A stretch of DNA of 63,132 nucleotides, counting the filler, from Bigelowiella natans CCMP2755 (taxonomy: Eukaryota; Protista; Cercozoa), in the NCBI GenBank assembly GCA_000320545.1. It is 3 parts of 3 records of this genome, joined end to end, with 100 filler letters (N's around TTAATTAATTAA, not from the genome) between each part and the next. Parts side by side here need not be neighbours in the genome. Positions count along the whole stretch, not along the records: positions 1 to 30,778 come from ADNK01002305.1; 2 more parts are not named here. One strand, 5' to 3'. The translations under genes were made by a program, and so were the position numbers. Shown in pieces: positions 16,960-29,109 of this stretch. The notes beneath the pieces are model-generated. The model worked only from the letters and a program-made list of their open reading frames with translations, ran no database searches and had not been told where the DNA came from. How positions within the stretch are numbered: position 1 is the first letter of the stretch; each line of letters opens with the position of its first letter.

Positions 16960-18480
16960 TTCACACAAGTCTAGAAGTGGTGGCATGCTGTCTTCTAATT
17001 ATGCAATGTTGCAAATTTGAAATGTGTTTTGTGACATCCATGCCAATGCTCTAGTGCTTGCTAGCTTACAGCATGATTGTGTGCTGTTCAGAGGGCGTGT
17101 GGGGACTACATGGTCCCTGTGCGTGTACGCGTGAGAGAACACATGTACCCATGCACACCACATGCACTTGGAAAGCTCACATGCTAGCATGCTCTGTTCA
17201 CATCCACACATGCTAGCATGAACCAAACAAGCCATGACACGTGTGCGAAAAATTGCCAAGTGCAGCTGCAGTGGGTGCATGTGAAGTAGGTGATGCACAT
17301 GTCGTAGATAAGCATGCACGCACAGGGACTACGTGGTCCCCATGCTTGGGCGCGTGTCGATTGTCGATTTACGACAGGACTCTTGCATCAATTGCTGCAG
17401 CGATTGCATCGTTGTGGTTGATCCGCATTCCAATGTGCGAACATCCCACGCTAGCACGCCTGCAAAATTGCAGGAGGATCGCGAACGCATTCAAGTGGAG
17501 GAAAAGAGAGAGTTTGGAAACGATTCTGCGCTGCCAATGCCGAGATCTGGAGCTAGCTAGCGAGGCCGTGAAGTTTTTTGAACAAGCTGCAGAGCTGTGG
17601 AAAAGTGTGGTTGAATGCGAACAATGCCAGAATGGTGTGTTTCACAAAGGAGAAGCCTGTGTGATCAACGACCAAGCGTTGCATCGCGCAACTCGCACGT
17701 TTCGTGTCTAGATGTTTGCGCTGAGAATCACTAGGTGACGTTGAAGTTGCACATTGCCAATCAGGCACTGCAGCTAACACTTGGGCAGTTGACCGCATTG
17801 CACTGTGGCCATGCGCATTGCTCAAACTCACGCGACAGTTTGCATGCACAGTGTGATGGCATCTCGATCACACATTGATTGCAAAAGCTGCGACACCACA
17901 CTTGCAAGCTGGCTAGATGGGAACGACACAGACGACAACACATTGCACTTTTGCAAGCTTCACATGCAAACATCTACGTATCTCCTGATCACAATAGACA
18001 AAGTAATATGTGTGTGGCATTACGTGTCTACAATGATATGCAACATCGCAACCACATTGAACGCATTGCAAAAGTGCTTGTGATCTTGCAATGTTTTCAA
18101 CATTGTGTTGCAAAACGTTGCATTGTCAAGTTTCCTTGTCTCACCAGCTCGTCAACTAGAGTTTGTCTGGTTTGTGTGTCGTTCACTGCTAGACTGGTTC
18201 AGGCAGCTTTCAGCCGTGCTGGTGTGGAGCTGCGGGTTTGAAGGTGGCTCTGCTTTCCTACAATTTTCTTTTGCTTTTTTGCTCTCATTGAACATTGAAC
18301 ATTGAACACTCTCTGCACCATGATTCTCATTCTTTGACAACACTATCGGAACAATGAACAATGAACAATGAATGAAGCATTGATGCAAACTACATGAGCA
18401 GCTTCAACCTCCATTCCTGTGTTCCTGTGCCATCACAAAAAGGCACACAGATGCTCTCATAACTGCCTCCCAATCGACTC
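16960..18480. other. TpA-depleted island containing a Tyr-poor, Cys/His-rich relic ORF
   Basis: Hand count 17341-17940: 8 TpA in 600 nt (6 CTAG, 1 CTAA, 1 TTAC); CpG is plentiful. ORF 17241..17711 has 11 Cys, 5 His and 1 Tyr. Confidence 0.9.
17097..17345. mobile_element. MITE-like fold-back element with 33-bp imperfect terminal inverted repeats
   Basis: The reverse complement of 17097-17129 (cgtacacgcacagggaccatgtagtccccacac) aligns without gaps to 17313-17345 (catgcacgcacagggactacgtggtccccatgc). Further inverted matches lie inside (ccaagtgca; tgggtRcatgtg). Confidence 0.6.
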
Positions 18481-19182
18481 TTGTCACCGTCCTATTTGGA
18501 TGTCTCAGAAACTAAATTGGATCCATTTTTGCGTACTTTGAAGATTCATTCTCCGCTCAGTATTTCTGATAGTTCTCAAAAGCGCTCAGATATTTGACCT
18601 GAGTCATGTCATATCGAATGACGCAGATGCCGAATTCTACTGGTAACGGTTTAGTCTTCTAAAATTATGAAAACCCAGGGCACATTTCACATTTCTGCAA
18701 GATATTTTCTGTGTATATTTGTTGTGCAATTAATCAGAGGACCTTGTCACAAAATTTCGTAAGAGAGTCTGAAATAGAATGGTAATTTTGTTCTAACGCC
18801 ATCTCAGATTCAAGAAAATGGGAATATTCCGACAAAAATTGTTACCGTTGGCACTCCTTCGAGTCAACGATTTTTTGATATGCTGAGAAACTCTCAGCAA
18901 CATTATCATATCATAGTCCATTTACAAGATGCGACAACACTGATACGTCCAATCGTTAAGCTAATCGTACGAAGATGCACGCACAGTTGCCGAGATAGAC
19001 AGTTCGCAAATATCTCAGCGAGACTATTTACTTTGTGCGACACGAGGCAATCAAAGGAAGCTTTGATTGACAGTTTTCATCTGCGACACGATAATGTGAC
19101 TAAATTATCGTAAATAACAAGGCGATTTGGGTATATTTCTTTTCCTTGCTTCGGAGGTGCAAACCCCACCCGCAACACACAT

Positions 19183-22100
19183 ATGTATCGCACGCGCAAC
19201 CTTGTGTGGAGGGGGCGGAGCCTGGTGGCAAACCACCGCTTATCCGCCACTGCTAATTCCCTGCAATGTCTAAGCCAACAAGCGCGGAGGCTTCACGGCA
19301 TGACCGTAGGACTCTGCAAGGAGACAATGGAGAATGAAACCCGAGTGGCGCTTGTGCCGGTATTGTTCTGTAGTAGTGCTCCAAAGCGCTAACTTCTCGT
19401 GATGAACACATCGAGCTACTTTTTTGTTGTTTCCTAAAGTGAATTGGCTTACCTCCCTGCAGGATAGTGTTGAATTCATCCTCAAGAAAGGAGGGGAGGT
19501 AAAGGTAGAAGCCGGTGCGGGAGCAGCCTGCGGATACAGCGACGCTATGTACGAGGTTTGAACCCCTTCCGCCCGTCCACTCCGATTTGGCTACGGCCGA
19601 TATGCAATGCATGCATGCATCTTTTAACTCCTTATGGCTTGGAAGATGACAGGCACATTACGTAGCGCAGAGAGCGATGGATGGAGAAATACCTCTATTC
19701 ACATTCCATCCATTATTCAGGCTGCTGGGGCAAAAATAGTCGAAGAGGACGATGTTTGGAAGAGTGACGTTGTCATCAAGGTGATAGTTGTGATAGTATC
19801 ATTATGTCCCAGTGTTTTTTTACCACCTACCTGATGTATTTGTATTACTGATATTTGTCTGTACTCTTCAGATTCGTCCTCCAGAACTTGAAACGGCCAA
19901 GAAATTGGGTAAGCTTAGTGACTCCTCCCCAGAATTGTGCCTGTACAAGGCGACCCATTTGTGCGCCAATTTGATTGTTGTTGCATGCTCTTCCCAATTT
20001 GTAGAGAATCGTATGATCATCGGGCAGCTGATGGCCAGGCAAAACCCCGAGCTCATGGATCAATTAGCAAATCAAGGGGCTACCGTGCTCTCTCTGGTTA
20101 TCTTTGCTGCTTTCCCCCGTGTGTCAACTGCTGCGAAACAATGATATCCGTTGTCGTTCCTGTTGTTGCTTCCCCTGTCGTAGTGCTTTGGTAAAGACAA
20201 GGAATAGATGAAACCATAAGCGCTCAATTGCCGCTTTCCCCCCTCCCCCCCCCACCTCCAACTCGTTTTATTTCTAGGATATGCTGCTCCGTACTTTGTC
20301 ACGGGGACAAGCTTTCGATGTGCTCTCGTCGCAGGCCAGCATTGCTGGTCTTCGAGCTGTTGTGGAGGCTGCAGCAACCATCCAGCGTCCCTTCGCCGGA
20401 ATGATGACAGCCGCAGGACGACTTAAACCTGCTAAGGTGCGCGTCGTGCAACAACACAGCAATCGCTTAAATATACACACAATACTATAGACATACGGTA
20501 TCTCTTTTTTTAAACCCTTGCATAGTTGCATCGTCTTATCCTCAACCATATCGGTAGAGGTGTTGGTCATGTTGATGACGATGGTGGTGGTGGTGGTGGT
20601 GGTGGTGGCTCTTTCAGGTGCTGATTTGCGGAGTGGGTGTGGCCGGCCTGGCCGCCATCCAAAAGGCCAAGAACTTAAACGCTGTCGTACACGCTTTCGA
20701 TGTGCGTTCGGCTACCAAGGAACAGGTAGAGCTGTGATGATAGTTGATGAGACCTCAATTCGAAACGCCCACGTACAGACCGTCACGCTACTAACTGCAT
20801 CCCCCACGCTCCTCCTGCTTACAACGCTACATGTTTAGGTTCAATCCATTGGCGCAACATTCCTCGAGGTCGAGTCTGACGAAAGCGGGGAGGCCGAAGG
20901 GTAGTAAGACAATCAAACCGAAACACGCACAACAACATGGGGGGGAGAGGGTGCGGGCGGAAGAGGAGGATATCGGTTTCCATGGAAGATGGTTCTACTC
21001 TGCTGCGGCGAGAGAAAGAACAACTTATTTCCTTGTAGATTCCAGTATCTTAGCTTGCCACTCGAAATATGTGTTTGCCCCCCTCCCCACGTGGATATTC
21101 ACCATTTACTTCGCATCGCAGCGGTTACGCTAAGGAGATGTCGGCGGAATGGTTCGCAGCGGCCGATCGCATGCTTCTGAAGGAGTGCGCGACAACGGAC
21201 GTCATCATCACCACCGCACAGATTCCCGGAAGGTGCAGAGAACGTGCCCCCCCCCCCCACACACTCATCTGTATGAGCTTGTGCACAACCTCTCTCTTGC
21301 TAACTCTCCCTCTCTCTCTCTCTCATTCTCTCTCGCCTGGCGTGATGCAGGAAAGCACCTGTTCTGATCAAGAAAGACATGGTCGCTGCGATGCCTAAGG
21401 GGTCCGTCACCATCGACCTGGCTGCTGAAACGGGAGGCAACGTCGAGACGACGGTAGTATTGCTCATCCTGCTGTTTTCTCTCCTTCCAAATGCGATGTC
21501 TGTGTGTGTGTGTGTGTGTGTGTGGGTGTGTGTAATAGTAGTAGTAGAAGTGGGTAGTGGTAGTAGTAGTAGTATTCTGATTATCCCTCCTCCTCCTCTT
21601 CCTCCTCCTCCTCCTCCTCCTCCTACACAGGTTCCTGGAGAAATAGTTGACGTCGATGGCGTGACGTGTGTGGGATACACCAACATGCCTGCACGCATGG
21701 GCACAACCGCATCAACACTCTTTGGAGGAAACGTCACTAAGGTCCGCTTGACTTCGTCCTATTGTAGTTGTTTCCCCGAGACTGCATTGTGTCTAATCAA
21801 CGCCCCCCCCCCCCCCCCCCCCCTCTCTTCGCCTCTCTCTTCTCTTATCTACCGCAGTTGCTGGGTTCTATGATTGACAAAGAAGGAAACTTCCAAGTGG
21901 ATATCGAAAGTAAAAAACAGCAGTAACCAGCTAATAGTGAGTGAGTAAATAAAATGCAAGCAGCGAGAAGAGAAATCGAGGCCGCAGCACGCACGCACAC
22001 ACACGCGCACAGCTATGCTACCGATGTAAGTTATTATGGAAATAATCCGAGATGTTTTTCGTATCCATCCGCCTTTTTCTCACTACTTTCAGACGACGAG

Positions 22101-22421
22101 GCCGTGAGAAGCATGTGCGTGGTACACAAGGGAACGAAGCTCGAGCCCTACGTCCCCCCCCCCCCCCCCCCACAAGAGGAGAAGGAAGCAAAGGAGGAAG
22201 CGGTAATAATATATATGTATATATACAAATACACGTAAATATACTACATTTGAAGATCAAGAGGGATGGCAAATATTACCCAACACGCTGACCAACCCCC
22301 CTCCCTCTTCAGGTCGTGGAAGTGGTAGATCCTGAAAAGGAGGCGATGCAAACTGCTATGGTGAACACCGGATTGCTAGGATCGGCTGTTCTTGTAGGGT
22401 CATCTGTGCCTGGGTGAGGAA

Positions 22422-22462
<41 letters not shown>

Positions 22463-25400
22463 AATGATGTAATTACGTTTTTAAGAATGATCGTTGAGAA
22501 TTAGAAACAAGCACCCATCACTCTCTTCTTCTTCTTCTTCTTCTTCTTCTTCTTCTTCTTCTTCTTCTTCCAGTGCCGGCATGCTTGGAACATTCTCCTT
22601 GTCCGTGTGGGTCGGCTCACAGGCTGTGCGTGGTGTGGCCCATGCTCTCCATTCCCCCCTCATGAGTATCACCAATGCTATCTCTGGGATGACCATTGTT
22701 GGCGGTATGCTGCAGCTAGGCGGGGGGCTCTTGCCTGCTACCACAGCCCACTCTCTCGCGGTACGTAATGGAAAGGGGGGTAGAGGGGGGGGGGGGGGGG
22801 ATTGATCTCAGCAATAATATGTGAAAATTTCTCTGCATTTTTTGGAGTAATATATGTGTTTTCTACCACGGACAAGTAACCCCCCCCCCCCACCCATTCA
22901 TCCATACGTTCAGGCTGGTGCTGTAGTGTTGTCATCGATCAACTTGGTCGGCGGGTTTATCGTGACAAAGAAGATGCTCGATATGTTCAGAAGGCCAGAT
23001 GATCCTCCTGAGGTAGTAGTAGCAGTAGTAGCAGCAGCAGCAGGAAGGGCGGTGGCGGCTGTTGTTCTTTTTAATATAATATTGACATAATCAACGACCC
23101 CCTTCCACACACCACCATACATTACCGACGGGGGAAAAACCAACCCGAAAACAACCAAACAAACTAAGAACGACGAACACTTTTGGCGGCTTGCCCGAGG
23201 TCGCTTGGCGCTCATTTATCGGAGAGATCATTGGACATAAAAACAACCGAGCAGCTGCGTAGATAGCCTTCGCAATAATAGAGCAACAACAACAACATCA
23301 ACAGGTATTCACCATTATTTCTGAACCTTTTCTTACTTTCAGTACTGGCACTACTACCTGATTCCATCCGGCGCCGTGTGCGGGTCTTACGCAGCACTGT
23401 CGCTCATGGGCGCTGCAGGGCCAGGCCTCGGATCGGCGGTCGCCCTTGCTTCTGGCCTCGGATGCGTTGGTACTGTGATGATGATGATGATGATGATGAT
23501 ATGATGATGATGATGGCCTCAAACAGATCCTCCTTGATGTTTTCGCTTATTATGCTGCTGCTGCGACAATATATTATTATCATCATCATCATCATTATTA
23601 TCCATACTGATTCTCCCCCCCTCCTCTCCTCCTCCGCTGTCTTTCTGTCACCGCCGACATTGAAAAAAAAATACCAGGCGGTATCTCCGCGATGGCCGAC
23701 CAAAAGACGTCGCGCCTGGCCAACTTCCTGGCGATGGGAGGGGTGGGGATGGGCCTCACCACGACTATCTTCGCCATGCAGGCGACTCCCGCCGTCTACT
23801 CCCAATTCCTCCTGATGGGGGCCATTGGGGGGCTCGCTGGTCAGCAAATCGCTGCTCGAATCGGCCCAACTAGCTTGCCACAGGCTGTCGCAGGTTTCCA
23901 CTCTCTGGTCGGGATTGCTGCTACCTCCACCGCCGTTGGCGACTTCATGCTGCACGGAGCCGGACATGGAGGGTCGACCCGCCAATCAGCCACGCACACA
24001 CACACACACACACACACGCAAACGCGCTTTTTCGCAAAACACGGTGAAGTAGGCGAGGCCTCATCAGCCATAAGTCTAGAGAGAAGACGCGATGAGCATA
24101 GTAGCGATCACGCTCGGCTTTCCTACTCATTCTATTTCTCGGTTTTTTCCGTCGTGAGTGGATGAATGAAAGAATGACGCGGCCCCCTCCCCCTCTCTTG
24201 TTGCCCCTTGCTGGTGGCACGCTCAGGTTCCATGCAGCATCCATCTATCTGGGCGCGTGGATGGGAGCGATCACGTGCACGGGCTCAATCATCGCTTGCC
24301 TCAAGCTCGCTGAGAAGATGGATTCGAAGCCTCTCGCCCTCCCCGGGCGCGACGCAATGAACATCGCTATGGGCGCGGGGTCGCTCGCATGCATGGTCGG
24401 CTTCATGGCTACTGGAGATCCTGCCATGGGCGCGGCATGCCTCGCAGGGGGCGTGGCCCTCAGCGGTGCTCTTGGTTTCCATATGACGGCTTCGATCGGA
24501 GGTATGTACATGAGAGGGTGCAAGCGGCAACTGCCTAAGAAGTGATCTACAATGACAACTCACATTCGTCGCGTTTGTAGGCGCTGATATGCCTGTCGTC
24601 ATTACTCTGCTCAACTCCTACTCCGGGTGGGCGTTGTGCGCGGAGGGGTTCATCTTGAACCAGCCTCTGCTGACTATCGTCGGCGCCCTCATCGGCTCGA
24701 GCGGGGCCTTCCTCACCAAGATTATGTGCGACGGAATGAACCGCTCCCTCACCAACGTTATCCTTGGCGGCTTCGGTAGTAGCACTTATTTTCTTCTTCT
24801 TCGCTTAGCGCCGTTCAGGGAAATATTCTATGAGTTTTTGCGCATTTTTGCGCGCGCGCGCGTGAGTGTGTGTGTATATGTAAATGAGGTCGCAAGAACC
24901 AAATTGGTGTGGCACCTGGCCTTTCCGTCATTGCTATAGTAAATCATACTGAACATGATGATGATGATGAATGATTTCCAGGAACCGAGTCCGGCGCCGT
25001 GCAAACGGCTGAAGGCCTCGTGCACACAGAGATCGACGTTGCAGGAACAGTTCAGGCACTCCAGGACGCATCTAGCGTGTGCATCGTTCCCGGGTACGGT
25101 TTGGCCGTGGCGCAGGCACAGAAGTCGGTCGCAGACATCGCCAAGCATCTGACCGATAAGGGCAAGACGGTGAAATTCGCCGTGCACCCCGTGGCCGGCC
25201 GCATGCCCGGGCAGCTGAACGTGCTGCTCGCGGAGGCGGGGGTTCCATACGACATCGTGTACGAGATGGAGGAAATCAACGATGAGATGGAGGAAATGGA
25301 CGTCGCGATGGTGATCGGTGCCAACGACACGGTCAACAGCGCAGCGGAGGACGATCCCAACAGCGGTATCGCCGGCATGCCTGTCATCCAAGTCTGGAAG

Positions 25401-25547
25401 TCCAAGCAAGTCATCTTCATGAAGCGCTCCATGGCGTCCGGATATGCTGGTGTAGATAACCCAGTCTTCTACAAAGACAACACCGATATGCTGCTTGGAA
25501 ACGCAGCAGATACCACGGAGAAGATCAAGCAGGGGCTCTCCTCCTAA
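19183..25547 (+). CDS. NNT: Mitochondrial proton-translocating NAD(P) transhydrogenase, single alpha-beta polypeptide, ~21 exons
   Basis: Arg-rich presequence, then [167 protein letters not shown]. Confidence 0.97.
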
Positions 25548-25759
25548 GCGAGATGATGGACTGGGCATGATAGTGTCAGATAGTAGGAGTAATGACAGCA
25601 GACGGCCATTCGGGTGACATTTCGCAAGCATAGCTAGAGACGAAAAGCCCCAGAACATATATCTGCATGTATGAATATCGACGCATAGCACGTTCATTTT
25701 TATTTCGTTATTCTTCAATTCATTTTATATCTTTTAATTATCGTGGACTAATGTTAAAT

Positions 25760-26240
25760 GTGTGATCGTTGTCTTGATAAGCACGTACGGCACTAAGCTC
25801 TAGTGCTAGCTGCATGTGCCTCTACGTTCATTTGCATACTAGCCGCGCTATGGCTCACGGTTGCTCAGTTATGTATGACAGACAGTGTGCGAACAAACAA
25901 ATGACGGCCATCATTTAGTTTTGCTAGGTGGTGGGGTGGCATGCGTGGCTACTAGCACATACTAGGAACGTAGCGTGTACGCTATATGATATTATGCACA
26001 CAGTCCATGCGTTGCGCGCACTGCCAGAGCATGCTAGCATGGTGCATGTCCTCGAGTAAACTGACGATGCTTATTAGCGTGGTCCAGCAATAATCTAGAT
26101 AACTGATAATATTAATGATAAACTTTAATCGACATTGTGCTACTTTATAATGACAAAACTAACTTGACTCTTTCATGTATGTGCTGTTACACCTTGATCG
26201 TACAATGAGGCAGGAACCATATAGCTAGATAGCTACGAAT
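25760..26240. other. CTAG/CATG-rich intergenic island between convergent genes
   Basis: Dense ctag/gcatgc words. Shares the exact words cggcactaagct and gaacgtagcgtgt with the island at 48.2-49.0 kb. Confidence 0.7.
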
Positions 26241-26296
26241 CTTTTAGATCACAATCTCATGCTTTGCTTCACAACTAATTGCTTAACACAACTTTG

Positions 26297-26340
<44 letters not shown>

Positions 26341-26366
26341 ATTCATTATTTGCATTGATACCTTCA

Positions 26367-28050
26367 TTACGCTGCTTGATTGTTTTGTGTCAGAACGGGA
26401 TTTACAGGAGTCTGGATCGAAGATCGATTAGTTTTCATGTCAACTTTGGAGCGATTAGGAACCTCGATTGATAAAACAGGCATGGAAAACTCGATAGCCT
26501 TCGATTTATTATTATTTGTTGGACTAGCATCCAGTTGTCCCGAGTTTAATGCTGCAGAAAATGGAGCTGTGGTGTCTCCGATTTCTCTAGTAGACTTTGT
26601 TGGCTTATCATTCTTATTGTAACAGGATAAATAATCCAGGAAGATGAACCATTCTGCTACGTGCGGAGGGAAAGGGACGTGTGCATAATACTGGAACAGG
26701 AGCAATTGAAGCATTAGCCCAACGAAGAATATTTCTCCAAGAGGATCGTAGTTCCCCCGAGATCCTGCACTTCCGCTTTCAGAGAAAGATGCCTCATTCG
26801 ATGTCAAAAATCTGACTGTGAACGCTAAGCTCAAAAATTCAAGTAAAGGTAGTAGAATCCATAACTCAATGAGAAGGCATCCCAGTTTCTTTAACGTTCT
26901 CTCATGTGATGCAGCGTGAGCTTTTTCGAGGTTTGTCATTTGGCTCAAATGTTGGCTTTTCCCATCTAGAAGGTCGAGAAGTTTAGAACGAAGTCTACTC
27001 AAGTAGTACAGCATGATGCCCGCGCTGGGAATGGCTAGGGAAGAGATTAGCCAGACGAATCCGAAGACCATGTTTGAATCCAGAAGCATAACGAGAATGA
27101 GCTGTTTGGTGGTGTGTGTTAATGCGGCAACAAGAATATTGTTTGGAGCTAGATTTACGTACCACGAAAATTGTGAGGCATATAATAGTTGTGCTCCATA
27201 TTTTGAACACTAACGATAGATGTCCCGGCAGCTCCCCTGTTAGCTTAGCGGTGACGTAATTTCCATGAATGACATAGTACCTAGGTTACGTGCAGATACA
27301 TTTAACTACATCTAAAAATGCTATAATTTTGAAAAGAATGGGTTACTCAATGTAGAAAAGTGAAAAATAAGCCAAAGCCTAGAAAATAGATGAACTGTTA
27401 GTCAAAACGAGGAAACAAAAATCAGAGGTATTGAGGACTGAGGACCGATGTTATTGCGTAGACTGTAAGGAGAGCACGCCAATCTGTGAGATAAACTTAC
27501 ACTTGAGCAAATTAATAGATCTAGCCTACTCATTTCGTTGTTTAACCCACTACCAAAGTAGACTCCTCCCTAATATGGAAAAGGATATTAGTATCGATAT
27601 CCATTCAACCAAAGACAATGGAACATACCAGGAAAACGAGAATGATAGAAATGCCAAATATCGGATTAGTTCTGCAAGGAGGTAAAGACAAATTTCTGTG
27701 TCTTCCTGGACAGGTTTTCGATGACTCGATGACTCTTTGTATGAAGTTAGCCTCAATGGAGTACGAACCTGTGGAGTATGCGTTTGATGTTCTCCTTTTC
27801 GACATTTACAAAGAATAACTGAAGGATAGAGTACACCTATTGTGTTTATTTGAATGTGAAATCATGTAACTTTTAACTACTGAAAGTACATGGGAGTTCG
27901 AACGCAGAGATTTCAACATTAGTCGATTGGAATATCGAGACATGTGACCTCCATGTGAGCAACGATTACGACTTTTATCAACGCTGGAGTAGCAAAAATA
28001 CGCATTCAACTCCGGCATTAAACACATCATAGGGATCTACGTAGTCCGTC
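26367..28050 (-). CDS. Multipass membrane protein, possibly 7TM/GPCR-like; 5' exons unresolved
   Basis: The 240-aa terminal ORF has three hydrophobic helices (VFGFVWLISSLAIPSAGIMLYYL; LGCLLIELWILLPLLEFLSLAF; IFFVGLMLQLLLFQYY) and a polar tail. Further hydrophobic segments lie upstream. Confidence 0.5.
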
Positions 28051-28483
28051 CACCTGCAATTTCTTGTTCAGAGAGCTCCATTGTTGTTATGTCAGGCCAC
28101 GCGCTTGTGTAATTAGTCGGAACAAAGCGGAAACTAATCATGTTGGAAGCTAGTTGAGACGATGAATTCTGAGCAAAAAACGCGCTCTGTTTTCCCCAGA
28201 CGGCAGCTGTTTTTGCATGTCGCAGTCTTGATCCAGGGCTCGGAAAGAAGTTAGTGCTCATTGATCACTCCGCACGGAAACGATCGATGACTTTTGGTCA
28301 ACCAGCAAACGCGCCCCCATTTGTGGCATGGAAATGAACACGAATCAAATGAGGTCGGCCAACTGTCAGCGACATGTAGTTGTGATGTGATATGAGAACT
28401 TTTTTGTGGCGTGTGTGCGTATATCATATATGTATTCAGAAACTGCAACTAATCAGAATCACAAATATGCTGCTCTTTTTACA

Positions 28484-29075
28484 GATAAAATCCGAATTGA
28501 CAAAGCAAGATAAGGAAAGCAGGGGGCCGGAAAATGACGAATTTGAACAGTTTCTAAAAAGAGTCCATCTCTCTAAATACTCCCAAACGTTGCGTCGCGA
28601 TGGTTATGAGCTCCTCCAGGACTTAATCGACATGGTAACATTCATTGTCTGAGTATGTAGGTTAGTTCTGGATACAATATTTAGCATTATTTCTATTGTT
28701 GTAACATCTTAGGAGAGTGACGAAATTGAGAATTACTTTCCGAAAAAACCGCACCGTAGAAGGTTCGAAAAGGCGATCAAGGAAACAAAACAGGCCACCG
28801 TGGTGAGGTCGAGCAAGAAGCCGAAGCCTGTCATTACCCACAACCAACTCAACTTTTCTCCCGGCCCTTCACCTCACCAGATCAATCGCGACAACGAGGA
28901 AGTGCATCAAGTTGTCGAGTGAAACACGTGGGTGTTGGAGTCTTCTGACAGCATTGTGCCAAGCTGGCAAGTGGTTGAGGACCTGGAGGAGAAGTGCATT
29001 CAGGCTGGAAGGTGTTCTCCACAGTCATTGTTGCGCGTAAGGTGTTCACAGGCCGAGGCGCTACGTGCACAAGTA
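28484..29075 (+). pseudogene. SAM-domain gene fragment ending at the retrotransposon; 3' part TpA-depleted
   Basis: EFEQFLKRVHLSKYSQTLRRDGYELLQDLIDM|ESDEIENYFPKKPHRRRFEKAIKE is a SAM helical bundle. The downstream sequence has stops in all frames and no TpA over about 28841-29035. Confidence 0.55.
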
Positions 29076-29109
29076 GGCAGGGGGGGGGAAAGGCACGTTT
29101 GCTTCCTTT

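Noticed and set aside
16960-18480. CpG methylation-deamination or classical RIP as the cause of the TG/CA excess
   Set aside because: CpG is abundant in the islands and TpA is lost rather than gained; both processes predict the opposite.
18150-19100. Minus-strand gene head-to-head with NNT
   Set aside because: Some exon-like segments are present but I could not build a consistent reading frame; left uncalled.
24828-25718. Long antisense ORFs opposite NNT and opposite the PTEN exon (56944..57813)
   Set aside because: Shadow ORFs produced by GC3-rich codon usage of the real genes.
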